Below are positions 19,337 to 28,223 of a stretch of 64,000 nucleotides of DNA, in pieces. The position numbers and the translations under genes are program-made. The notes beneath the pieces were generated by a model. That model saw only the letters and a program-made list of their open reading frames with translations. It was not told where the DNA came from and did no database searches. Within the stretch, counting starts at the first letter, position 1; the number at the start of each line of letters is the position of its first letter. Source of the stretch: an uncultured Methanosarcinales archaeon. GTDB lineage: Archaea > Nanobdellota > Nanobdellia > Woesearchaeales > JAGVZT01. The stretch lies in assembly GCA_964354685.1 (NCBI GenBank), contig CAYHAM010000001.1, positions 2,284 to 66,283 on the forward strand, given 5' to 3'.

Positions 19337-21373
19337 ATGCCTAATGGAGAGGGTGGTGGAAGTGTTTCTGGGGGGAGAATTCCAACAGGAAAGGCTTCTG
19401 CAGGTAGTACTGTTGCAGATGCTTTGGCATCATTAGCACTTAAAAAACTCACAGAAAAGAAGGAAAAAAAGGAAGAACCCTCTGCTCCTCGTAAATTCCT
19501 TGGTTTTCTTAATAGAAACTTTAGAAGCAGTGTTGGTGGTTTTTTAGGCTATGCTACCAAAGATGTTAGAAAAGTCTTGCAATTTCTTGAGACCACAATC
19601 TTTGCTAATCTTGCTCGTATAGCCGTTGTGGTGATTTTTGTCTCAGTTCTTTTAATTGGGCAGCGTTTGATCTATGCACCAGCCAAGGTGTATGCAGCTG
19701 AGGAAGATATGACTATTCCAGAGGCTATTTTGTATAAAACAACGGAAACAATAACAAAAACCGCTGAAAACATCTTAAAACCAATAGATGCTGCTCTTGA
19801 CAAGTTTGAATATATAACTTATAGGCAGTTTGTTGAAACAGAATATGTTGATGACAAATGGTATGGAATTAAACTTACAGTTGAACCTAGAAAAGATGAG
19901 TTTAGTTTAGAAGAGCCTGTTGAATGGATAGGTGTTGCTAAGGTCGGCTATTTCAAAGAGGTTGAAGAGAAAAATGTTGATATAGAATGTGATATAAAGG
20001 ATGGAACCAATATCAAGATAGTAAACCCTTTAACAGGGACAATCCCAATTAAGCAGCTTGCAATGGGTGGACAAAAAGTAATCAAGTGCTCAGCTGACTC
20101 TATCCCTTCAGGAGGTAATAAGGATGCCAGCATAAATTTAAAGTTCCCATTTATTGCAAAGGCATCTCTTCCAGTATCAATAATGGATGCTAATTCATAT
20201 GAGGTAGAATATGAACAAAGATTAGATCAAATGATAGAATTGGATGTTGAAAACCCTTCTAAAGAGGCTGCGTTTGCTGTTGCTAAGCAAGTTAATGTTA
20301 AACCTGAAGAAAAAGCTGAAACATATCATTCCTTGGTTGAGATTGGGGCACAGATGGTTGAGTACCAACCTTTGAGAAAAGATCCAAAAGCAAAAGAGGA
20401 CTTTACACTTAAAATTATGGTTTTGAACCAGGGAGAAGGGACTGCGAAGATAACCAATATTGACATAACATCTGAGGGCAACCTTCAGTTCCTAAATATT
20501 GATCCTAATCAATTTACAGATATAAAACCACTTACTCCAGATGATGCAATCAAAACATTTTACATTGACGTTGACGTAAGTGGTTTTGAATTAGATCCAA
20601 AACTTGCTGTAACAGGGACAAGGATAAACATAGTAGTAAATTATGAATATAACATTACTGGAGAAACAGAGGTTAAGATAGAGCTGCCTCCTGAGATATT
20701 GGGTGGAAAAGAATTGGAAGGGGTTGAAGAGACAACAGAAGGACCACCATGGCCAGAATCCACCCCAGAGGAATATGATAGCAATGTGGGGCCTTGGGTT
20801 GATTGTAGTAATATAAATCCACCTAGTACAGCATTCATTGATGCATATGAAGGGAGAGTTGATGGAATCCCCTTCAATGTTCCAGGAAAAACGTTGAAAC
20901 AAGTAACAGAAGAAATCGCAGGACAATATCACATTGACAAAGCATTGCTGGCAGCAATAGAAGCAGAAGAGACTGGTATGCATTATGTGGGAGAAGAGCT
21001 GTGCCCACCAAGTAAGAGTGGTGGAAAAAGTTATTTAACAGGATGTACCACTAGTACTTCATGCGTGTGTGGGAAAGGTAAAACTGATTGCACACCTGAA
21101 ACTTCGATATGTGAATGTGATAGTCATTTTTTAGAATCTGATGAAACACAAATAGAGTGTACAGCAACCACGCTTAGGGGAGCATATGATGCTTCTATGC
21201 ATACTGGCACTGGGCTTTATGGAGCAAGGTGTTCTCAGTACAAAGATGAACCTTATAAGGTTTGGAGATGTATTTTCTGCACATATGCTGGAAAAGATGA
21301 TATTTATTGCAATTGGGCAGATACTATATTAGATGTTTATTGTAGCTGGAACAATTATTATAATGGTGGTTAA
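19337..21373 (+). CDS. Membrane-anchored protein with beta-sandwich region and C-terminal Cys-rich lysozyme/lytic-transglycosylase-like domain
   Basis: One TM near aa 92-112; EEIAGQYHIDKALLAAIEAEETG resembles SLT motif I; 14 Cys in the last ~190 aa. Confidence 0.65.
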   Translation: MPNGEGGGSVSGGRIPTGKASAGSTVADALASLALKKLTEKKEKKEEPSAPRKFLGFLNRNFRSSVGGFLGYATKDVRKVLQFLETTIFANLARIAVVVIFVSVLLIGQRLIYAPAKVYAAEEDMTIPEAILYKTTETITKTAENILKPIDAALDKFEYITYRQFVETEYVDDKWYGIKLTVEPRKDEFSLEEPVEWIGVAKVGYFKEVEEKNVDIECDIKDGTNIKIVNPLTGTIPIKQLAMGGQKVIKCSADSIPSGGNKDASINLKFPFIAKASLPVSIMDANSYEVEYEQRLDQMIELDVENPSKEAAFAVAKQVNVKPEEKAETYHSLVEIGAQMVEYQPLRKDPKAKEDFTLKIMVLNQGEGTAKITNIDITSEGNLQFLNIDPNQFTDIKPLTPDDAIKTFYIDVDVSGFELDPKLAVTGTRINIVVNYEYNITGETEVKIELPPEILGGKELEGVEETTEGPPWPESTPEEYDSNVGPWVDCSNINPPSTAFIDAYEGRVDGIPFNVPGKTLKQVTEEIAGQYHIDKALLAAIEAEETGMHYVGEELCPPSKSGGKSYLTGCTTSTSCVCGKGKTDCTPETSICECDSHFLESDETQIECTATTLRGAYDASMHTGTGLYGARCSQYKDEPYKVWRCIFCTYAGKDDIYCNWADTILDVYCSWNNYYNGG

Positions 21374-21375
21374 TT

Positions 21376-22350
21376 ATGATTCAGAAAAATCTTGCTTTAT
21401 TGGTTTTATTGACAATATTTATCACAGGCTGTGACACCTTTTTTGGAGGGGGTGGAGGAACAGTGGAAGTGTATGATCCTTACCATGGAACTCAAGGTCT
21501 AGCTGTTACTTGGCTGGAAAATATGCCTCCTAAGGAGATATATGCCAGAAGCCCATTCAATATTGGTGTTAAGGTTGAGAATATGGGTGCTCATGATATA
21601 ACTAATGCTGTTTTGTTGTTAACACACAACACTGCTGATGCGTCTGTAACAGAAGTGAAAAAGACTATAAGCCTAGAAGGCAAATCCACTTTACAAAAGT
21701 ATGGTGAGAGTGATGCTATTTTCTGGGATGCAGAGGCTGTTGCAATCAATGATGTTCGCTCAACAAGCTTTGGTGTAATGGCTTGCTATGAGTATCAAAC
21801 ACATATGTTTGAGGATATTTGTATAGATCCTGACAAGTATGGCCAGAAAATGGCAGAGATAAAGAGCTGCAAAAGCATAGATGTTATCAGTTTAGAAAGC
21901 CAAGGTGCTCCTATTGCAGTTACAATGATAAAGCCAACAACAGTTTTTGATAGTAAATCAGATAAGAGTGGAACAATACAGTTTGATATAACTATACAAA
22001 ATGTTGGCGGTGGCGATGTTGGCATTGTTGGCCCAAACACTTGGTGCAGTGCATTTCTTGATACAATAACTGATAACCTTGATTTCAATGTTGTTAGGAT
22101 ATCTGGCACTTTTATGGGTCAGGCAATAACTTGTGTGCCTTCTCTTGTTTATCTTGATGATGGTAAGGAAGGGAATGTGGTATGTCAAACAAAATGGCAA
22201 GCAGACAAAGAGTTTGAAACACCACTATATATAAATCTTGGATATACATATAAACAGGTGCTTGAGCCTGTTGATGTAACTATTAAAATAATTCCTGGTT
22301 CTCTATCAGAAACTCGGACAAAGGATGCTGAGAAAAGCTTAAATAAATGA
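21376..22350 (+). CDS. Predicted lipoprotein/surface protein (paralog of 44758 and 45705 ORFs)
   Basis: Lipobox-like FITGC; GTQGL...PP, CYEYQT, CIDPD and SQGAPIAVT shared with paralogs. Confidence 0.75.
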   Translation: MIQKNLALLVLLTIFITGCDTFFGGGGGTVEVYDPYHGTQGLAVTWLENMPPKEIYARSPFNIGVKVENMGAHDITNAVLLLTHNTADASVTEVKKTISLEGKSTLQKYGESDAIFWDAEAVAINDVRSTSFGVMACYEYQTHMFEDICIDPDKYGQKMAEIKSCKSIDVISLESQGAPIAVTMIKPTTVFDSKSDKSGTIQFDITIQNVGGGDVGIVGPNTWCSAFLDTITDNLDFNVVRISGTFMGQAITCVPSLVYLDDGKEGNVVCQTKWQADKEFETPLYINLGYTYKQVLEPVDVTIKIIPGSLSETRTKDAEKSLNK

Positions 22351-22367
22351 GCTAATCCTTCTTTTAT

Positions 22368-22838
22368 ATGATAATAGCAGTATCTGGAACACCTGGAACA
22401 GGGAAAACAACTTTAGCTAAAAATCTGGCAAAAGAACTAAAATGTAAATTAATTGATGTAAATGGGTTTGTTAAAGAGAAAAAGATTTCAGAAGGATATG
22501 ACAAAGAAAGAAAATGTGAGATTGTTGATACAAAAAAACTAAGCAAAGAGCTGATAAAATTAATAAAAGATGAGAAGAATCTAGTGATTGACTCCCACCT
22601 AAGCCATTATTTGCCTAAAGAATATGTTGATGTCTGTGTAATAACAAAATGTGAATTGAAAGAGTTAAAAAAAAGGTTAAAGAAAAAGGGTTACAAAAAG
22701 GAAAAAATAAGAGAAAACCTTGATGTTGAGATATTTGATACTTGCAAGGTTGAGGCTTTGGAAGCAGGACATAATATTATTGTTGTAGACACAACAAAAA
22801 GTTATAATATAAAAAAGATTGTTAAAAAATTGAAATGA
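22368..22838 (+). CDS. Atypical adenylate kinase (AK6/Fap7 family)
   Basis: SGTPGTGKTT P-loop, IDSHLSH, KIRENL. Confidence 0.9.
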   Translation: MIIAVSGTPGTGKTTLAKNLAKELKCKLIDVNGFVKEKKISEGYDKERKCEIVDTKKLSKELIKLIKDEKNLVIDSHLSHYLPKEYVDVCVITKCELKELKKRLKKKGYKKEKIRENLDVEIFDTCKVEALEAGHNIIVVDTTKSYNIKKIVKKLK

Positions 22839-23956
22839 AAAAAGAACTAACTGGTTTAGAATTGCATTATTTAATCCAAGAGCTGAATTTGTTAATAGGT
22901 TCAAAGGTTGACAAGGTTTATCATCCAAATAAGAGAGAATTAATAATAAATTTTTACTTGTCAGGCAAGGGTAAAGAGATCCTTAGGGTTTTAGTGCCTA
23001 ATTTCATATATATAACAGAACACAAACAAGAGTATCCACAAACCCCTTCTGGCTTTTGTGTGCTTCTAAGAAAGCATCTTGAAAACACAAGATTGAAAGA
23101 GATAAATCAATTGGGTTTTGAAAGGATTGTTGAATTTGTTTTTGAACACAAACAAGGCAAGCGAATATTGATATTTGAATTGTTCAGCAAGGGGAACATT
23201 GTTTTATGTAAAGAAGACTATACAATTATTGCAACATTAGAAGTACAAAAGTGGAGTAAAAGGACTGTAAAGCCTGGAGTTAGATATGAGTATCCAAAAA
23301 AGGAGTTTAATTTTTTGAGATTAAAAGAAGAAGAATTTGCAAAGCTCATGAAGGAATCAAAAAAGAACCTGGTTAAAACACTAGCTGTTGATCTTGGCCT
23401 AGGAGGGGTTTATGCAGAAGAGCTCTGCTTAATGGCAATGGTTGACAAAAACAAAAAAGTGGTTGATAATAGCGAAATTAAGAGTTTGATTAAGGCCTCT
23501 GAAAAGTTAAGAAGCAAGAAAACCAATGCCTCAATAATATATGAAGGGCAAGTGGTCGTTGATGTGGTTCCTATTGAGCTTGAATTTTACAAAGAACTTA
23601 AGAAAAGGGAATTTAAAACATATAATGATGCTTTGGATGCTTCACTAACCAAAGTTCTTGTGAAAGAGGAAAAGGAGCAAAGGCTATCAGGGCATCAAAA
23701 ACAAATAGAAAAGTTGAATAGGATTGTTGAAAAACAAGAGCAACATGTTACAAAGCTAGAAAAAGATATTGAAGAGAACACAGAAAAGGCAGAATTAATC
23801 TACAAAAACTATAAACTTGTTGATAATGTATTAACTGAATTAAGAAAAGCAAGGGAAAGGCTTTCTTGGGAAGAGATTAAGCAAAGGCTAAAAGGACACA
23901 AAGTGGTAAAAGATATAAAAGAAAAGGAAAAGGCAATTGTTATAGAACTCAAATAA
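22835..23956 (+). CDS. NFACT/Rqc2-family protein, N-terminal domains only
   Basis: PSGFCVLLRKHL, QLGFERIV, FELFSKGNIVL, LGLGGVYAEE HhH, then coiled coil; no NFACT-R domain. Confidence 0.85.
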   Translation: MKKELTGLELHYLIQELNLLIGSKVDKVYHPNKRELIINFYLSGKGKEILRVLVPNFIYITEHKQEYPQTPSGFCVLLRKHLENTRLKEINQLGFERIVEFVFEHKQGKRILIFELFSKGNIVLCKEDYTIIATLEVQKWSKRTVKPGVRYEYPKKEFNFLRLKEEEFAKLMKESKKNLVKTLAVDLGLGGVYAEELCLMAMVDKNKKVVDNSEIKSLIKASEKLRSKKTNASIIYEGQVVVDVVPIELEFYKELKKREFKTYNDALDASLTKVLVKEEKEQRLSGHQKQIEKLNRIVEKQEQHVTKLEKDIEENTEKAELIYKNYKLVDNVLTELRKARERLSWEEIKQRLKGHKVVKDIKEKEKAIVIELK

Positions 23957-23961
23957 CTCTT

Positions 23962-24174
23962 TGTCAAAAACCATCCGTCATAGACAGGTGGCATGCTTAT
24001 GAGAAAATGACACTACCACTTGGTTTTTGACACTCAGAATTCCATGAATCACTTGGTGGTTCTTGAGCATCCTCAGAAACGCTTTGCGTTTCTGGGAAAC
24101 CAGAAATTCCTTAGGGAATTTCTAAGTTCAACAGATTCCACTTAGACCACCTATTAGAGATGCGTGGAATTCTG
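23962..24174. ncRNA. Candidate structured RNA element (two large hairpins) between NFACT and 5S rRNA
   Basis: Inverted repeats TGTCAAAAACCA/TGGTTTTTGACA and CAGAATTCCA/TGGAATTCTG with nested stems. Confidence 0.45.
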
Positions 24175-24186
24175 TTGTTTAAAAAG

Positions 24187-24305
24187 TGATGAACAGCTTT
24201 CTGGATCTCCCGTATAAATTACAGTACTGTCCAGAACGTAGGCCTGCTTGACTTCCGAGTTCGGGATGGGATCGGGTAGGACCAGGCCACTATGGCCGTT
24301 CATCA
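24187..24305 (-). rRNA. rrf: 5S rRNA (unlinked from 16S/23S)
   Basis: Reverse complement TGATGAACGGCCATAG...CCCGATCCCATCCCGAACTCGGAAGTCAAGC...AGTACTG...GGGAGA...GCTGTTCATCA; 119 nt with self-complementary ends. Confidence 0.95.
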
Positions 24306-24329
24306 AGCAAGGGTAACAAAGGCTAATAT

Positions 24330-25127
24330 TTAAAGTTTTACCTTATTCACATCTGATAAAGTATGAATATGAACCTCTTTTCCAGAACTCAAATATCCTT
24401 GTAAAAGGCCCTTTTCTGCAAGCTTTGGAAAAATATCCCTTTCTAAACTTGTACCTATATACTCCAATAGTTCTGGTTCAGCAACAAATATTGGTGAAAA
24501 AACAAGATTTATATCTGATTTTTTTGGTTTTTGTACAAAATGCAGTATCTTTCTCCCTTCCATGCTAACTGTGCCTTTTTCTGAAGGTTTAGGAGCGGTT
24601 GTTAGCATTAATGTGGCAATATGATTCTGCCTGATATGTGAATCCCAAAGCGCCTCAATGTTAACACTGTTAAAAACAATGTCTCCATAAACAGCCAAAA
24701 ACCTTGTGTTGATTTTGCCCTTTATTAGTTTAAGAGTTGTTGCTGTGCCTTTTGATATTTTCTCCTCGATGTAGTCAACCTTAACCCCATAGGCAGCACC
24801 ATCTCTTAGTATCTCAAAGGCTTTTGTTAAGAGATTGTTCCTTGCTATTATAAAGATGTTTTTGAACCCAGATTCCCGAAGCTTTTCCACAGCATACTCT
24901 AAAACGGTTTTTTCTCTTATTTTAACACTGATCATAAAGTCTCCATTTACCATAAGCTTTTCTTCATGGCCTCCTGCTAATATAACAGCTGTTTTTTTAT
25001 CTCCCAAAGAGGTGCTAACAAGATACCCTATGGCTTGGCTTCTATTTCTAATATACAGGTTGTCTATAACCTTGTCAACTTCCCTTAAGAGGGAATTCTC
25101 AATTGTGATTGAGATCTTTGTTTTCAT
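24330..25127 (-). CDS. Ribbon-helix-helix (CopG/NikR-like) domain fused to sugar-nucleotidyltransferase-like domain
   Basis: MKTKISITIENSLLREVD...NRSQAI (RHH), then AVILAGG, KGTA, VYGDIVF, FVQKP, SLERDIFPKLA. Confidence 0.82.
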   Translation of the reverse strand: MKTKISITIENSLLREVDKVIDNLYIRNRSQAIGYLVSTSLGDKKTAVILAGGHEEKLMVNGDFMISVKIREKTVLEYAVEKLRESGFKNIFIIARNNLLTKAFEILRDGAAYGVKVDYIEEKISKGTATTLKLIKGKINTRFLAVYGDIVFNSVNIEALWDSHIRQNHIATLMLTTAPKPSEKGTVSMEGRKILHFVQKPKKSDINLVFSPIFVAEPELLEYIGTSLERDIFPKLAEKGLLQGYLSSGKEVHIHTLSDVNKVKL

Positions 25128-25149
25128 ACAAAGATAAATAGTTTAACCC

Positions 25150-25196
25150 TTTATATATTTATCGGATAAAGTAGGATATAGGTAAGATATTTATAT
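25150..25196. promoter_or_regulatory. Divergent promoter region with three imperfect GATA-core direct repeats
   Basis: Two TATA-like boxes flank CGGATAAA, AGGATATA and AAGATATT at 10-11 nt spacing. Confidence 0.45.
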
Positions 25197-25240
25197 GGAA
25201 CATAAAACTCTCAATAAACAAGGCTTAGAGGTTTTTGATT

Positions 25241-26536
25241 ATGAAAGTTGCAATAATTGGTTCTGGGTATGTTGGGCTAGTAACAGCCTCTTGCTTGGCT
25301 GAGATTGGACATAAGGTTGTTTGTGTTGATAATGATCTTAAGAAAATCGAGATGCTCAAAAAGCTAAAAATGCCCCATTATGAGCCAGGAATAGAAGATT
25401 TTGTGAGAAGGAATGTTAAGGCTAAGAGGTTGAGCTTTACAACAGATTTGAAAGATGCTGTCAGGAGCTCTGATGTGATATTTATGGCGGTTGGTACACC
25501 TTCAAGAGCAGACGGAAGTGCTGACCTCAGCTATGTTGAGGGTGTTGCTAGGCAAATAGCTCAAGCAATGGATAGTTACAAGGTTGTTGTTGAGAAAAGC
25601 ACTGTGCCTGTTCAAACTGGTGAAAGGATTAAGAGAACCATAAAAATTTACAAGAGAAAAAATGTTGAATTTGATGTTGTTTCCAACCCTGAGTTTCTAA
25701 GAGAAGGCTCTGCTATTGAAGACTTCATGAAACCTGATAGGATTGTGATTGGGGTTGAGAGCAAAAAGGCAGAGGAGATTATGCAAGAGCTTTACAAACC
25801 CATAAAAGGGCAATTAATAGTAACTGATATAAACAGTGCTGAGATGATCAAGCACGCCTCTAATTCATTCTTAGCAACAAAGATAAGTTTCATCAATGCT
25901 GTTGCAAATATATGTGAGAAAACAGGTGCTGATGTTAAGAAGGTTGCTGAGGGTATGGGCAAAGACAGAAGGATTGGGCCAGGATTCTTAGAAGCAGGCA
26001 TAGGTTATGGTGGGAGCTGTTTCCCAAAAGATGTTGATGCATTTATAAGGATATCTGATGAAGCTGGTTATGATTTCAGATTATTAAAAGAGGTCCAAGC
26101 AATAAACAATGCCCAGAAAGAGTTTTTTGTAAAAAAGATTCATGATGTGCTCTGGGTTGTAAAAAACAAAACAATTGGTGTGTGGGGCTTATCTTTTAAG
26201 CCAGACACAGATGATATGAGAGAGGCGCCCTCTATTTATGTAATAAATGCCCTACAAAAAGAGGGTGCAAAAATAAAGGCTTATTGTCCAGGGGCAATGG
26301 AAAACGCAAAGAGAATATTTAAAGGGGTTAAGTTTTGCAAAGAGCCTTATGAAGCTAGCAAAGGGTGTGAGGCCCTTGTTATAATGACTGAATGGGATGT
26401 GTTCAAAAGGACAAACATGAAAAAAGTAAAATCATTGATGAAAAATCCTTTGGTCATTGACGGGAGGAACATATTTGAACCAAAAGATATGAAAAAACTT
26501 GGGTTTGACTATCATTGTGTTGGTAGGGGGCAATAA
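25241..26536 (+). CDS. ugd: UDP-glucose 6-dehydrogenase
   Basis: GSGYVG, AVGTP, EKSTVP, SNPEFLREG, GYGGSCFPKD, FKPDTDDMRE. Confidence 0.95.
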   Translation: MKVAIIGSGYVGLVTASCLAEIGHKVVCVDNDLKKIEMLKKLKMPHYEPGIEDFVRRNVKAKRLSFTTDLKDAVRSSDVIFMAVGTPSRADGSADLSYVEGVARQIAQAMDSYKVVVEKSTVPVQTGERIKRTIKIYKRKNVEFDVVSNPEFLREGSAIEDFMKPDRIVIGVESKKAEEIMQELYKPIKGQLIVTDINSAEMIKHASNSFLATKISFINAVANICEKTGADVKKVAEGMGKDRRIGPGFLEAGIGYGGSCFPKDVDAFIRISDEAGYDFRLLKEVQAINNAQKEFFVKKIHDVLWVVKNKTIGVWGLSFKPDTDDMREAPSIYVINALQKEGAKIKAYCPGAMENAKRIFKGVKFCKEPYEASKGCEALVIMTEWDVFKRTNMKKVKSLMKNPLVIDGRNIFEPKDMKKLGFDYHCVGRGQ

Positions 26537-26537
26537 G

Positions 26538-27272
26538 ATGAAGGTAATTATCCCGGCAGCAGGTTATGCAACAAGGCTTTATCCATCAACTATGAACAAA
26601 CCAAAGCACCTTTTAGATGTTAAAGGTAAACCAATAATAGAGCACATCATCAAAAAGATTGAAGAGCTTAATGCTGTGGACGAGATCTTTATTATCACAA
26701 ATGAAAAATTTTATTCTAATTTTAAGGAATGGTCAAAAAAATTCTCAAGTAAAATTCCCATAAAGATATTCAACGATGGTACAATATCTAATGATGACAG
26801 GCTTGGTTCAATCGGCGACATAAAGTTTGTTTTAGATAAAACAAAGTTGGATGATAATCTCTTAGTGGTTGCTGGTGATAATCTTTTTAATTTCTCTTTA
26901 AAGGGGGTGTATGATTTTTTCATAGATAAAAAGACAAATATCAATGCATTGTATGATATAAAATCATTTGAGGACGCAAGGCAGCTTGGTGTGGCAACAA
27001 TTAACAAAGAAGGTAAGATTATTGAGTTTAAAGAGAAGCCCAAATCCCCAAAGTCAACTTTGGTTTCGCCAGCAATTTACTTATTTCCAAGGCATAAAGT
27101 AAATCTAATATCAAAATATATTAAGGAAGATAATAACCCGGATAAAATTGGTTACTTTATGGAGTGGTTGCTAGCAAACGATGAGCTTTATGGTTATGTT
27201 TATGAGGAAAAATGGTTTGACATTGGTTGGCCTTCCTCTTTAGAGCAGGCAAGGAAAGAATTCAAAGGATAG
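26538..27272 (+). CDS. Sugar-1-phosphate nucleotidyltransferase
   Basis: PAAGYATRLYP...PKHLL, AGDNLF, FKEKP, WFDIG; ATG at 26538. Confidence 0.9.
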   Translation: MKVIIPAAGYATRLYPSTMNKPKHLLDVKGKPIIEHIIKKIEELNAVDEIFIITNEKFYSNFKEWSKKFSSKIPIKIFNDGTISNDDRLGSIGDIKFVLDKTKLDDNLLVVAGDNLFNFSLKGVYDFFIDKKTNINALYDIKSFEDARQLGVATINKEGKIIEFKEKPKSPKSTLVSPAIYLFPRHKVNLISKYIKEDNNPDKIGYFMEWLLANDELYGYVYEEKWFDIGWPSSLEQARKEFKG

Positions 27273-27305
27273 CTTTAAATAATCTTTTAGGTTTTTTTAT
27301 TCAAA

Positions 27306-28223
27306 ATGAAAGTTCTTGTAACAGGTGGTGGTGGTTTTATTGGTAGCCATATTGTAGACACCTTAATAAGTAATGGTTATGGGGTGGTGATTGTTGACAA
27401 CCTAATTACTGGCAAGAGGAGGAATGTGAACAAAGAAGCCAAATTCTATAATGTTGATCTAACTTCTAAAGAATTGAAAAAAGTATTCAAAAAAGAATCG
27501 CCAGATTTTGTTTCTCATCAAGCTGCACAAGTAAATGTAAGACATTCTATTAAAAATCCTCTTTTTGATGCACACAACAATATTCTGGGTGGTGTAAATC
27601 TGTTGGAGTGTTGTAAAGATTATAAGGTTAAGAGGGTTGTTTATGCAAGCTCTGGTGGTGCTATATACGGCAACCCAAAATACTTGCCATGTGATGAAAA
27701 ACACCCAATAAAGCCAATAAGTCCTTATGGTGTTTCAAAGTTCACTGTTGAACTTTTTTTAAACTATTATCACCAAACATTTGGTTTAGAGTATTGCGCT
27801 TTGCGCTATTCAAATGTTTATGGCCCAAGGCAGGACCCAAAAGGGGAGGCTGGTATTGTTACGATTTTTATAGATAATTTATTGAACAAAAAGCAATGCA
27901 CGATAAATGGAGATGGCAAACAAACAAGGGATTTTGTTTATGTCAAAGATGTTGCTAATGCAAACCTTCTAGCTTTGAAAGGCGAATGCAATGGTTGTGC
28001 AATAAATATTGGGAGTGGAAAAGAGCTTTCGATAAATGGGCTTTATAAAAAGATAAAAATTGCTTTGGGTTCTGATAAAAATCCAGCATATGGCTCTGCA
28101 ATAAAAGGAGAAGTGAATCATATTTATTTAGATATAAAGTTGGCAAAAAAGGTTTGGGGTTGGGTACCTAAATTTGATTTGGACAAAGGACTTAAAGAAA
28201 CAATCAAGTGGTTTAAAAAATGA
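27306..28223 (+). CDS. galE: UDP-glucose 4-epimerase-like NAD-dependent epimerase
   Basis: TGGGGFIG, ASSGGAIYG, YGVSK, NVYGPRQDPKGEAG, TRDFVYV. Confidence 0.85.
   Translation: MKVLVTGGGGFIGSHIVDTLISNGYGVVIVDNLITGKRRNVNKEAKFYNVDLTSKELKKVFKKESPDFVSHQAAQVNVRHSIKNPLFDAHNNILGGVNLLECCKDYKVKRVVYASSGGAIYGNPKYLPCDEKHPIKPISPYGVSKFTVELFLNYYHQTFGLEYCALRYSNVYGPRQDPKGEAGIVTIFIDNLLNKKQCTINGDGKQTRDFVYVKDVANANLLALKGECNGCAINIGSGKELSINGLYKKIKIALGSDKNPAYGSAIKGEVNHIYLDIKLAKKVWGWVPKFDLDKGLKETIKWFKK

Noticed and set aside
23962..24174. SRP RNA or RNase P RNA
   Set aside because: No SRP helix-8 motif or RNase P GAGGAAAGTCC-type signature seen on either strand
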